DNA of 64,000 nt from Alphaproteobacteria bacterium (GTDB lineage: Bacteria > Pseudomonadota > Alphaproteobacteria > UBA2966 > CAIVPW01). Position 1 is the first letter of the stretch; each line of letters starts with the position of its first letter. The notes below the pieces were generated by a model. That model ran no database searches. It was given only the letters and a program-made list of their open reading frames with translations, and was not told the origin of the DNA. Made by a program: the position numbers and the translations under genes. Shown one piece after another: positions 19,265 through 28,276 of the stretch. The stretch covers positions 5,487 through 69,486 of the forward strand of contig CANKGV010000004.1 in the NCBI GenBank assembly GCA_947481575.1, written 5' to 3'.

Positions 19265-19325
19265 CAGCCCTTCCCTGCGGACGTCCGCGGCAGCGCCACG
19301 CGCGCTGCGCGACCGTCCGCAGGGA
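19265..19325. terminator. nested GC-rich inverted repeats between convergent genes (probable bidirectional terminator)
   Basis: tccctgcggacg...cgtccgcaggga 12-bp stem enclosing an inner cagcgc...gcgctg hairpin. Confidence 0.4.
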
Positions 19326-19335
19326 GACGCTGGGG

Positions 19336-19581
19336 CTACTCGTCGATCTTGGTGACGAGGTTGCCTTTCTCGCCGGCCGAATACGTGAACTGACCTTTCT
19401 TGCCCGCGTACACGGTTTGAATCCGTACCGCGGGATCAAGGACGTAGGTCACGCCGTTGGTCAGGACCAACGTGCGTTTGTCGGGATCGAACGACTTGAT
19501 CTCGCCGGCGACCGTTTCCGCGGCGGCCGTGCCGGCCCAAAACAGAACTACCAAGACCACAACTGCTCGTGAGAGCTGCAT
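19336..19581 (-). CDS. small secreted protein (DUF1344-like)
   Basis: Signal peptide MQLSRAVVVLVVLFWAGTAAA; 81 aa. Confidence 0.5.
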   Translation of the reverse strand: MQLSRAVVVLVVLFWAGTAAAETVAGEIKSFDPDKRTLVLTNGVTYVLDPAVRIQTVYAGKKGQFTYSAGEKGNLVTKIDE

Positions 19582-19696
19582 TGCGTGCCTCCTGTCTGCA
19601 GGGGCGGAGCATGAGGCTCCGTGCCGTCCACCGGGGTAGAGGCGCGCGGCACCGCTTTCAATCGATGCCCGGCATTGGGATTCGCAAAGGGCTGGT

Positions 19697-20092
19697 TCAG
19701 AACCGGGCGGCGACCATGTATCCGGCGGAAGCGGCGATGGCCGACAGGACCATGCCCCAAGCCACGTCGATCAACGTGAGCTGCAGGGTCCAGTTGCGCA
19801 GGGTGGCGTAGTTGCTGAGGTCGTAGGTGGCGTAGGCGAACATGCCGAACAGGGCGCCATAGACGGCGGCCGCCGCCGGCGAACCAAGACGCAGCGCGGG
19901 AACCACGGCGAACAGCACAACGCCGGCTGGGTACAGCAGGTAGAACACGATGGCCGGGGGCAGGTTCACGCCGGGGATCAGGATGTCGCCCAGGGTCGGC
20001 CGGTAGATCCGCTTGGCCATCGTACCGAGCCAAACGGCGTCGGCGGCAAGCGAGGCGACCAGGGCTGCGGCGTAACCGGCAAGATAGTTCAC
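19697..20092 (-). CDS. DUF2177 family membrane protein
   Basis: 131 aa with 3-4 TM helices; overall sequence pattern typical of DUF2177. Confidence 0.55.
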   Translation of the reverse strand: MNYLAGYAAALVASLAADAVWLGTMAKRIYRPTLGDILIPGVNLPPAIVFYLLYPAGVVLFAVVPALRLGSPAAAAVYGALFGMFAYATYDLSNYATLRNWTLQLTLIDVAWGMVLSAIAASAGYMVAARF

Positions 20093-20164
20093 GGGGGCCT
20101 CGTTCTGCCGACCGGCGGCGCGATGGGAGTAGTGAACCTTAAACGGGCGGAGTGCCGGTTTGGA

Positions 20165-21322
20165 TCACCCGGCGCGCGAGCGCCACTCGGTCAGGCGCTG
20201 GATCGCCTCCGCGACGCCGTCTTCGGCACCGGCGAAGGCGAAGCGCAAGTATTGCGATCCACGGTGCGGGTCGAAGTCGATGCCGGGGGTGGTGGCGACG
20301 CCTGCTTCTTCCAGCATCGCGCGGCAGAACGCGGCGCTGTCGGACGTGAGATTGGTCACGTCGGCATACACGTAAAACGCGCCGTCGGCGGGGGCGAGTT
20401 CCCCAAATCCCAAAGCGGGCAGCGCGGCCAGCAGACGCGCGCGGTTGCGGGCGTAGCCGGCGACCTTGGCGTCCAGGAAGCCGCGGGCGTCGAACGCGGC
20501 GAGGGCGGCGTACTGGGCCAGGGACGGCGCGGCGATGAACAGGTTCTGCGCCAGGCGTTCGACCGGGCGCACGAGGTCCGGCGGCAGCACCATCCAGCCG
20601 ATGCGCCAGCCGGTCATGGCGAAGTACTTGGAAAAGCTGTTTACGACGATGGCGCGGTCCGACAGCGCGGCGGCGCTGACCGCGGGCGCGCCGTAGGCGA
20701 TGCCGTGGTAGACCTCGTCGGACACGAGGCGCACGCCGGCGCGCTCGCACCACGCGACCAGACCGGCGAGGCCCGCACGCGCGATCATGGTGCCGGTTGG
20801 GTTGGCGGGGCTCGCCACCAGCAGGCCGGCGAGGGGCGTTGCGGCATGGACCGCATCGAGCAAGTCCGGCGCCGGCTGGAAGCGCGTGGCGGGGCCGGTG
20901 GCGATGCCGATCGGGCGGAAGCCGAGGGCGGCGGCGATGTTGCGGTAGGCCGGGTAGCCGGGCTCGGCGAGACCCAGTGCCGCGCCATCGCCGAAGGCGG
21001 CGAGGAATGCCAACAGGAACCCGCCGGACGATCCAGTGGTCACGACGACCCGGTCCGGGTCGATGCTGATGTTGTTGGTTTCCCAGTAGCTTGCGGCAAT
21101 CTTCTCGCGTAACGGTCGAATCCCCAGCGCCTCGGTGTAGCCGAGCGGGCGGTCGCGCAAGGCCTTGGCCGCAGCCTCCAGAACCTGGGGCGGCGGACCG
21201 CCGCCGGGCTCGCCCAGCTCCATGTGAATGATGCGCGCGCCGGCCGCTTCGCGGCGGTTGGCGGCCTTCAGAACTTCCATGGCGTAGAAGGGCGCGATGG
21301 CGTCGCCCCGGGGCTTGGTCAT
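20165..21322 (-). CDS. pyridoxal-phosphate-dependent aminotransferase, class I/II
   Basis: SFSKYFAMTGWRIGW (PLP Lys) and overall aminotransferase fold motifs. Confidence 0.8.
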   Translation of the reverse strand: MTKPRGDAIAPFYAMEVLKAANRREAAGARIIHMELGEPGGGPPPQVLEAAAKALRDRPLGYTEALGIRPLREKIAASYWETNNISIDPDRVVVTTGSSGGFLLAFLAAFGDGAALGLAEPGYPAYRNIAAALGFRPIGIATGPATRFQPAPDLLDAVHAATPLAGLLVASPANPTGTMIARAGLAGLVAWCERAGVRLVSDEVYHGIAYGAPAVSAAALSDRAIVVNSFSKYFAMTGWRIGWMVLPPDLVRPVERLAQNLFIAAPSLAQYAALAAFDARGFLDAKVAGYARNRARLLAALPALGFGELAPADGAFYVYADVTNLTSDSAAFCRAMLEEAGVATTPGIDFDPHRGSQYLRFAFAGAEDGVAEAIQRLTEWRSRAG

Positions 21323-21331
21323 GCCGGGTTC

Positions 21332-22372
21332 TTAGCCGCCAGGCGGCGAACTGACAAATGCGCATTGGCGTGGTGCGACGCGGCCCAACGGCACGCAAGT
21401 CATGGAGGCCGCACCGGCGGTTACGGTCACCGCGGAGGGATCGGCGGGGCCTACCTGCACTATGATTGCGGTCGTGCCGGTGGCAGGTGCGCCGAACACA
21501 ATGCCGGTGTTGCGTCCGGCACGGCCTGCCCCGAACGGCTTGCCCATCGTCAGCAGGCAGGCGACGACGCGGCCGCCCGAGTCCGCCACGATGAAGCCTG
21601 TGGCACCGTCCGGCGTTGTGTCAACCGGCACCAGGGTCGTCCCGGGCGCGGGGCGCGGCTCATCCCACCGCGGGGCGACGCGGGCGAGGTCCGCTGCTGT
21701 GAAGGCGCCAGCCGCATCGCGCAGCAGCGCGGTGGCGGCCGTGCCTGTGTAGAGATCGGCCGCGCCGCCCGCGCGCACCTGGGCCAGCACTTCGGCGAGC
21801 GCAGCTTGGCGGACCGTGGCGCCGGCCGTCGCGGAGAACGTGCCGTGCAGGGCCGGGTCGGCGGCGATCACGCTGCGGCCGGCGGCAAATGCGGCGGCCG
21901 CCGGAGCCGAGACTGCGACGCCGCGGCGCGCCAAACCTTCGGCCTGGACCACCACATCGGCCCACGCCGTGACCCCAAAGCGCTCGTGCAATGCGGCCAG
22001 ACCCCGGGCGAGGGCGGGGATGGCGAGTTCGCCCGCGGGTGGCGCGGGAAAGTGGAGCGCTTGGACCGTGGCGGCGGCCGGGTCGTAGACAACACAGGCG
22101 CCGCCGGCGCCCAGGGAGGCAAATCCGGGATAGGTGACGGACAGCGCCAGTCCGAGCGCCGCGGCGGCATCCGCGGCGGTGCCGCCACTCGTGAGGGTAG
22201 TGCGGGCAACCCCCGCCGCAACGGGCTCCGCCGCCGCGACGCCGGTCGATGCGAGCGACGGTGCTGGGTCCGGCGCGATGTCGATGCGCGGCGGTGCGCC
22301 GGAACACCCGGCAGTCGCGATGGCCGTGGTGAATGCTGTGACGCGCCAAATCGTGCGCCATTCGCGCCACAA
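21332..22372 (-). CDS. gamma-glutamyltransferase-family lipoprotein (short, possibly degenerate)
   Basis: Region DSGGRVVACLLTMGKPFGAGRAGRNTGIVF resembles the GGT small-subunit core; lipobox ATAGC; TTG start at 22372 proposed (the track's Met start at 22495 would put 45 residues before the signal peptide). Confidence 0.45.
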   Translation of the reverse strand: MWREWRTIWRVTAFTTAIATAGCSGAPPRIDIAPDPAPSLASTGVAAAEPVAAGVARTTLTSGGTAADAAAALGLALSVTYPGFASLGAGGACVVYDPAAATVQALHFPAPPAGELAIPALARGLAALHERFGVTAWADVVVQAEGLARRGVAVSAPAAAAFAAGRSVIAADPALHGTFSATAGATVRQAALAEVLAQVRAGGAADLYTGTAATALLRDAAGAFTAADLARVAPRWDEPRPAPGTTLVPVDTTPDGATGFIVADSGGRVVACLLTMGKPFGAGRAGRNTGIVFGAPATGTTAIIVQVGPADPSAVTVTAGAASMTCVPLGRVAPRQCAFVSSPPGG

Positions 22373-22476
22373 TTGGGGTGCCAACTGCGGCAAGGGCCGA
22401 TAGGGTCGGCCGCTAGGTGGCCGGCCCGGGTTGGGACTGCTGACGGTTTGACCGGCGGCCGGCCGAACCCTAGGTT

Positions 22477-23832
22477 TTGCAGCGTCAGGAGTCACCGGTG
22501 ACCCGATTCCTCAGTTCCGCAATCGCCGCCAGCGCCATGGTGGCGTCTGTTCTGGCTCTGCCGGACAGCGCCGCGGCGCAACAGTTCATCCGCGACGCGG
22601 AGATTGAACACTACGTCCGCGGCTGGGTGACGCCAATCTTTGTTGCTGCGAAGCTCGATCCGTATTCGGTCGAGATCAACCTGATTCAAAGCGACCAGAT
22701 CAACGCGTTCGTCGCCAACGGCCAGCGCGTATTCCTGTACACCGGTGTCCTCCAGGCGGCCCACGATCCGCTGGAGATTCTAGGCGTCGTGGCACATGAA
22801 ACCGGCCATATCGAGGGCGGACACCTGGCGCGCACGCAGCAGGCCCTGAAGGATGCCAACCGGCAGGCGATCCTGGCGTTCTTGTTGAGTGTGGCGGCGG
22901 CGTCGGCCGCCGGCAACGGCGCCGCGGTGGGGCCGGCGATCCTCGGCGGTCAGGACATGGTGGGGCGTGCGTTTCTGGCCTACACGCGCCAGCAAGAGCA
23001 GGCAGCGGACCAGGCCGGTGTAACCCTGCTGATTGCGGCCGGGTATTCGCCGCGCGGATTGCTCTCGTTCATGGAGACGATGGCGCAGGACCCGCTCCAG
23101 ATTACCGGGCCGGACCCATACCTGCAGACCCATCCACTATTCCCGGAACGCGTCCAGGCGCTACGCCAGCGGGTGCAGGGGGCGGCAACACTGAATACGC
23201 CGGTTTCGGCTAAGATCAAGGTGGAATTCGGTAGGTTGCAGGCTAAGTTAGAAGGGTTTCTTGATCCTGTACCGAAGGTTTTGGCACACTATCCGGCGAG
23301 TGACACGAGTGTCGGCGCGCGCTACGCGAGGGCGGTGGCCTATCACCGTTCTGGTATGCTGGTGCAGTCGCTAAGCGAGGTTGATGCGTTGCTCGGAATT
23401 AGTCCCGACGACCCGTACTACCTGGAACTGAAAGGTCAGGTCCTGCTGGAGAACGGCAGGGTCGCCGACGCGATTGCGCCGTATGCGCGCGCCGTGAAGG
23501 TGGCGCCGGACGAGCCGCTGATCCGGGTCGGGCTGGCGAGCGCCCTGATCGCGACCGACGATCCCGCCATGATGCGCGATGCGGTGACGCAACTGACCAC
23601 GTCGTTCAACCTCGACAACCGCAACTCGGAAGCGTGGCGGCTGTTGGCAGTGGCCTATGGCCGCACCGGCGACCTGGGGCAGTCGGCGCTGGCCAGTTCC
23701 GAACAGGCGTTGCTGGACGGCTCGAAGGAAGAGGCGCAGCGATTTGCCGACCTGGCATCGCGGCGTCTGCCCAAGGGTTCGCCCGGCTATCTGCGGGCCC
23801 AGGACATCATCAACTTTGTGAAGAAGAAATGA
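22477..23832 (+). CDS. M48 family metalloprotease with TPR domain (BepA-like)
   Basis: HExxH motif VVAHETGHIEGGH; signal peptide; C-terminal TPR-like helices; start TTG at 22477 or GTG at 22498. Confidence 0.8.
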   Translation: MQRQESPVTRFLSSAIAASAMVASVLALPDSAAAQQFIRDAEIEHYVRGWVTPIFVAAKLDPYSVEINLIQSDQINAFVANGQRVFLYTGVLQAAHDPLEILGVVAHETGHIEGGHLARTQQALKDANRQAILAFLLSVAAASAAGNGAAVGPAILGGQDMVGRAFLAYTRQQEQAADQAGVTLLIAAGYSPRGLLSFMETMAQDPLQITGPDPYLQTHPLFPERVQALRQRVQGAATLNTPVSAKIKVEFGRLQAKLEGFLDPVPKVLAHYPASDTSVGARYARAVAYHRSGMLVQSLSEVDALLGISPDDPYYLELKGQVLLENGRVADAIAPYARAVKVAPDEPLIRVGLASALIATDDPAMMRDAVTQLTTSFNLDNRNSEAWRLLAVAYGRTGDLGQSALASSEQALLDGSKEEAQRFADLASRRLPKGSPGYLRAQDIINFVKKK

Positions 23833-24581
23833 GCGGCCGCTGGTTTGCCCGCATCGTGACCCTGGGGCTGGCGCTGACGCTCGCGGCGGCGCTCGTGCAG
23901 TTCGGGCCGGGGTGGCTTGATGGGCGGATCGGCGCCTATGTCGGCGCCCCCCCGGAATTGGTGGCGAACGCGCTGGACCAGTTGCGGCAGCAGGACCAAG
24001 CGGCGGCGGCCAAGCGCAAATCCGATCTGCTGACCCAGAATGCCGGCGCGCTGCTGCAGGATCCCCACTCGGCGGTGGCGGGCAATCCGCAGGGTGACGT
24101 CACCCTGGTGGAGTTTTTCGACTACAAGTGCCCGTATTGCCGCCAGTTCCATCCGCAAGTACCGGCACTGTTGGCAGCCGATCCCGGTTTGCGCCTGGTG
24201 CTCAAGGAGTTCCCGGTGCTGGGGCCGGAATCGACTGTGGCGGCGCGGGCGGCGGTGGCGGCGCAGCTGCACTACCCGGCCCGCTACCTGGCATTCCACA
24301 ACGCGCTGATGACGACGCCCGGGCGGCTGGACGTGAAGACCGTGCTGCAGGTGGCGGCGGACGCCGGCATCAATGCCGAGTTCCTATCGATCGACATGAT
24401 GGATCCGGAGGTCGACCGCGTACTGGCAGCCAACCACGCTCTGGCCGATATGCTGGGCATTGAGGGCACGCCGGGGTTCATCATCGGCACCGCGGTGATT
24501 CCGGGATACATCGATTCGGCCGAGGTGTTGCGGCTGGCGGCAGCGGTGCGCAAACCATCCGCAGAGCCGGTCACCCAGTGA
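23829..24581 (+). CDS. DsbA-family thiol:disulfide oxidoreductase with N-terminal membrane anchor
   Basis: CPYC active site; ATG overlaps the protease stop (ATGA). Confidence 0.8.
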   Translation: MSGRWFARIVTLGLALTLAAALVQFGPGWLDGRIGAYVGAPPELVANALDQLRQQDQAAAAKRKSDLLTQNAGALLQDPHSAVAGNPQGDVTLVEFFDYKCPYCRQFHPQVPALLAADPGLRLVLKEFPVLGPESTVAARAAVAAQLHYPARYLAFHNALMTTPGRLDVKTVLQVAADAGINAEFLSIDMMDPEVDRVLAANHALADMLGIEGTPGFIIGTAVIPGYIDSAEVLRLAAAVRKPSAEPVTQ

Positions 24582-24685
24582 CGTTCACTACGCCGCACGA
24601 TTGCGCGAGCCTTGGCGCCCGGTGCGGCACCCGGGTGTATAGTCGGCGCAGCGGGCGCTGCGGCGCCAACGGGGACTAGTCGTTC

Positions 24686-25162
24686 ATGATGCTGGGGCGG
24701 AAATTGCTGATCGGCGGCGTTCTGGCGGGTTCGCTGGCAGGGGCGGCCCTCGGGCTCTATGCCCACGCCCAACCGGATGCAAACCTACTGACCACCGCGC
24801 TCAACCAAGCGGTCGGGCGCACGGTGGCCCAAGCAGTCGGCGGCAAGTGGTACGAGTACGACCAGGCGTTCTTCCGCGAAGATCTGACCGCCGGCCATCC
24901 AGTACTGGTGGCGGTGCATGCCGAGTGGTGCACGACCTGCGCCGCGCAGGCGCCGTCGATGGCGGTGCTGTTGCAGGAGCCGGAGTTTAAGGATGCGATC
25001 GGCTATGTGGTGGACTTCGACCACGAGCGCAAGTTTCTGACCACCTACAAGGTGCGCCAGCAGTCGACCATCATTGTGTTCAAGGACGGCGTGGAAGTCG
25101 CCCGTTCGGTCGCCGAGACCGATCGCAAGGCGCTGCGCCAGTTGTTCGAGCGGGCGCTCTAG
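24686..25162 (+). CDS. thioredoxin-fold protein (periplasmic, CxxC)
   Basis: WCTTC motif in a thioredoxin-like context; signal peptide. Confidence 0.65.
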   Translation: MMLGRKLLIGGVLAGSLAGAALGLYAHAQPDANLLTTALNQAVGRTVAQAVGGKWYEYDQAFFREDLTAGHPVLVAVHAEWCTTCAAQAPSMAVLLQEPEFKDAIGYVVDFDHERKFLTTYKVRQQSTIIVFKDGVEVARSVAETDRKALRQLFERAL

Positions 25163-25222
25163 CCCGGCTCTGACGAGTCCCCCCGCCCCGTGTGGGACGA
25201 GGGGACGCCACAAAATTCCGAG

Positions 25223-27868
25223 CTAACCCCGGCCGAAGTTCCACCAACCGCGGCGGCGCGGCTTGCCGTCTTCGCTGGCCTCAGGCGGCGGCGCCTGCGT
25301 CGGCGCTGCGGGTGCCGGTGAGGCCGGCTGCGGCGGTACGGCTACGCGCACTTCGACGGGTGGTGCGGGCGGTCGTGCGGGCGGTTCGCTCCAGCGAAGT
25401 TCCGGCGCCGGTGCGGCCGCCGGCTGTGCCGGTGCGGGCTCGCCGTAGTTCGCCGAGACGGAAGCGCCCACGTCGGGTGTGCCGGACGGCGGTGCGCCTT
25501 CGCCATGCTGATCCGGGCGGCCATCAGGACGGCCGCGGCCGCGGCGGCGGCGGCGGCGGCGCGGCTCGCTGCCCTCTTGGGCGCGCGCTGCGTCGGTGCC
25601 AGGTGTGGAACCGGCTTCGGATTCCCCGTCATCGCCCTCGTCCGGCGAATTGGACTCGCCGGGCTGCGGGAAATCGCGGCCGATCACGGGCTGCGGTGCG
25701 CCGAGGGCGGCTACACCGTCTGCCGGAGCGGCGCCTTCGGTTCCCGGCAACGCACCTTCTTCGCGCTGACGGCGGCGTCGCCCGCCACGCTTGCCACGGC
25801 GGCGCCGCTTGCGAGGACCGTCGGCGCTGTCGTCGGTGCCGGGACGAGGCTGCCCGGTCTGGCTATCGGTGCTGCGTTCGGAGCCGGACTCGGACTCGCC
25901 GTCTTCGTCCTGATCATCGTCGTGCTCTGGCTCGACGCGTGCCGTGCGCACTTCGGCGCGGGCTTCCGTACGCTGAGGCTCTTCGGACTCTTCCGCCACA
26001 GGCTGGGCGGACGGCTCGCGCTCTTCTACCGACGGCGCCATTTCGGCGGTCGCGGTGACGGTGAGCGGCACCACCGGCATCGGCTTTACTTCGCGCGAGA
26101 CGCGATGGGCCGGCGGCACCAAATGGGCGTCCGGGCTGATGACGATGCTGAGGCCGAAGCGCTGTTCGAGATCGACGATCGCTGCGCGCTTCTGGTTGAG
26201 CAGGTAGATCGCCACCGACGCGGCGACATCGACCCGCAGTAGGGCGGGACCCTTGATGCCTTCGTCTTCCAGCACGCGCAGCATGTGCAGCGCGGCGGAT
26301 TCGGTGGAACGCACCAAACCGGTGCCGCCGCAATGGACGCAGCGCTCGGTGCTGGTTTCGATCAGGCTCGGGCGCAGGCGCTGGCGGGAAAGCTCGAGCA
26401 ATCCGAACGCGCTGATGCGGCCGACCTGGATGCGGGCGCGGTCGCCCTTCAGGCATTCCTTGATCTTGCGCTCGACCGAACGGTTGTTGCGCGATTCCTC
26501 CATGTCGATGAAGTCGATCACGATCAGCCCGGCGAGATCGCGCAGGCGAAGCTGACGGGCGACTTCCTCGGCGGCCTCGAGGTTGGTCTTGTGGGCGGTT
26601 TCCTCGATGTTGCGCTCTTTGGTGGCGCGGCCCGAGTTCACGTCGATGGCGACGAGCGCTTCGGTCGAGTTGATGACGATGTAGCCGCCGGAGCGTAGGT
26701 GCACCGTGGGCGAGTGCATCAGATCGAGCTGCGTTTCCACCTGGTAGCGGTGGAACAGCGGGATGCGGTCCTCGTAGGGCTGCACCTTCTTGGCGTGGCT
26801 CGGCATGAGCATCTTCATGATGCCCTTGGCCTGCTTGTAGGCCTCCGCGCCCTCGATCAGCACTTCTTCGATGTCGTTCGAATACAGGTCGCGGATCGCG
26901 CGCTTGATCAGGCTCGCCTCTTCGTAGACCAACGCCGGAGCCGTAGATTGCAGCGTGATCTCGCGCACGTTGTCCCACAACCGCAGCAGGTACTCGTAGT
27001 CGCGGCGGATATCGACCTTGGTGCGTTCCTGGCCCGCGGTGCGGACGATCAGGCCCATGCCTTCCGGCGTTTCCAGCGAGTCGATGATTTCGCGCAGGCG
27101 CTTGCGGTCGGAGCCGGTCGTGATCTTGCGCGACACGCCTCCGCCACGGGCGGTGTTCGGCATCAGCACGCAATAGCGGCCGGCCAGTGACAGATAGGTG
27201 GTGAGCGCCGCGCCCTTGGTGCCGCGTTCTTCCTTGACCACCTGCACCAGCAGAACCTGGCGGCGCTTGATGACTTCCTGAATCTTGTAGCGGCGCGATT
27301 GGCGGCGCGGCGAGAACTCCTCGACGTCGTCGCCACCCACGGACTCCGGGGCCTCCAGCGGCTCGTGCGGTTCGCCGTGGTGGTCGTCGGCTTCCTTTGC
27401 GGGCTCGGCAGCGGGGGCGCCTTCGGCGCCCGGCTCGGCATGCGCTTCGTGGCCGGACTCCGGACCGTGGTCCGAGTCTTCGGCGCGGGCGGCGCGAGCG
27501 GCGCGCACGCTGTTCTGCGATGCGGCCTGGGCGTGGTGGTGATCGTCGTCGCCGTCTTCCGCCCGGCCGCGGGCGGCTTCTTCGGCCGCGCGTTCGGCGA
27601 GCAGCGCCCGGCGATCCTCGTAGGGGATCTGGTAGTAGTCCGGGTGAATATCGCCGAACGCCAGGAAGCCGTGACGGTTCCCGCCGTATTCGACGAAGGC
27701 GGCCTGCAACGAGGGCTCAACCCTCGTTACCTTGGCCAGGTAGATATTGCCTTTGAGCTGTTTGCGGGACGCGGACTCGAAATCAAATTCTTCGAGGCGG
27801 GTTCCGTTGACGACGACGACCCGGGTTTCTTCTGGGTGGGAAGCGTCGATAAGCAACCGCGTTGCCAT
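25223..27868 (-). CDS. rne: ribonuclease E
   Basis: ATG at 27868 (MATRLLIDAS); S1 and catalytic-domain motifs; Arg-rich C-terminal scaffold region. Confidence 0.92.
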   Translation of the reverse strand: MATRLLIDASHPEETRVVVVNGTRLEEFDFESASRKQLKGNIYLAKVTRVEPSLQAAFVEYGGNRHGFLAFGDIHPDYYQIPYEDRRALLAERAAEEAARGRAEDGDDDHHHAQAASQNSVRAARAARAEDSDHGPESGHEAHAEPGAEGAPAAEPAKEADDHHGEPHEPLEAPESVGGDDVEEFSPRRQSRRYKIQEVIKRRQVLLVQVVKEERGTKGAALTTYLSLAGRYCVLMPNTARGGGVSRKITTGSDRKRLREIIDSLETPEGMGLIVRTAGQERTKVDIRRDYEYLLRLWDNVREITLQSTAPALVYEEASLIKRAIRDLYSNDIEEVLIEGAEAYKQAKGIMKMLMPSHAKKVQPYEDRIPLFHRYQVETQLDLMHSPTVHLRSGGYIVINSTEALVAIDVNSGRATKERNIEETAHKTNLEAAEEVARQLRLRDLAGLIVIDFIDMEESRNNRSVERKIKECLKGDRARIQVGRISAFGLLELSRQRLRPSLIETSTERCVHCGGTGLVRSTESAALHMLRVLEDEGIKGPALLRVDVAASVAIYLLNQKRAAIVDLEQRFGLSIVISPDAHLVPPAHRVSREVKPMPVVPLTVTATAEMAPSVEEREPSAQPVAEESEEPQRTEARAEVRTARVEPEHDDDQDEDGESESGSERSTDSQTGQPRPGTDDSADGPRKRRRRGKRGGRRRRQREEGALPGTEGAAPADGVAALGAPQPVIGRDFPQPGESNSPDEGDDGESEAGSTPGTDAARAQEGSEPRRRRRRRGRGRPDGRPDQHGEGAPPSGTPDVGASVSANYGEPAPAQPAAAPAPELRWSEPPARPPAPPVEVRVAVPPQPASPAPAAPTQAPPPEASEDGKPRRRGWWNFGRG

Positions 27869-28276
27869 TCGGCGACATACTCCGTAGCGGGCCGCGCACT
27901 TGCGAACAGAAGCGCGCGGAACCGCCTTGGTCTGTGCGAAACCGGTGGCGCCCAATTCCTGCCGCGCGAGCGGTCTGGGAGGCTGCCTCCGGCCCCTGAG
28001 ATTATCCCAAGGACCGGGCCGGCTTCGGGTTCCTAATTGCTCCGCGTTGCCTTGAGCGCCAGCGGCGACGGTCCGTATTCACAGCGTTGCCGCCGCCATC
28101 GGAACTGCCGCCACCGCGCCGTTGCGCACCCGGAACAAAACGGGATCGCAAGCCAGCTACGGAGGTTCGCAAGGGTGATAGTAGTGCCGCCGCCCCCATT
28201 TCCCAAACGAAATGTTGTTGCTTGGGCGAAACCCGCGGACTGCTTGCCGTTGCGGCTCGAGTCCAGCGCGCTGTAT

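Noticed and set aside
20139-21398. 419-aa Arg-rich ORF on the minus strand
   Set aside because: Alternative frame overlapping the aminotransferase gene; Arg/Pro/Gly-rich composition typical of spurious frames in high-GC DNA
25914-27173. 419-aa Arg-rich ORF in an alternative frame of rne
   Set aside because: Same strand but a different frame of a well-supported RNase E; composition artefact
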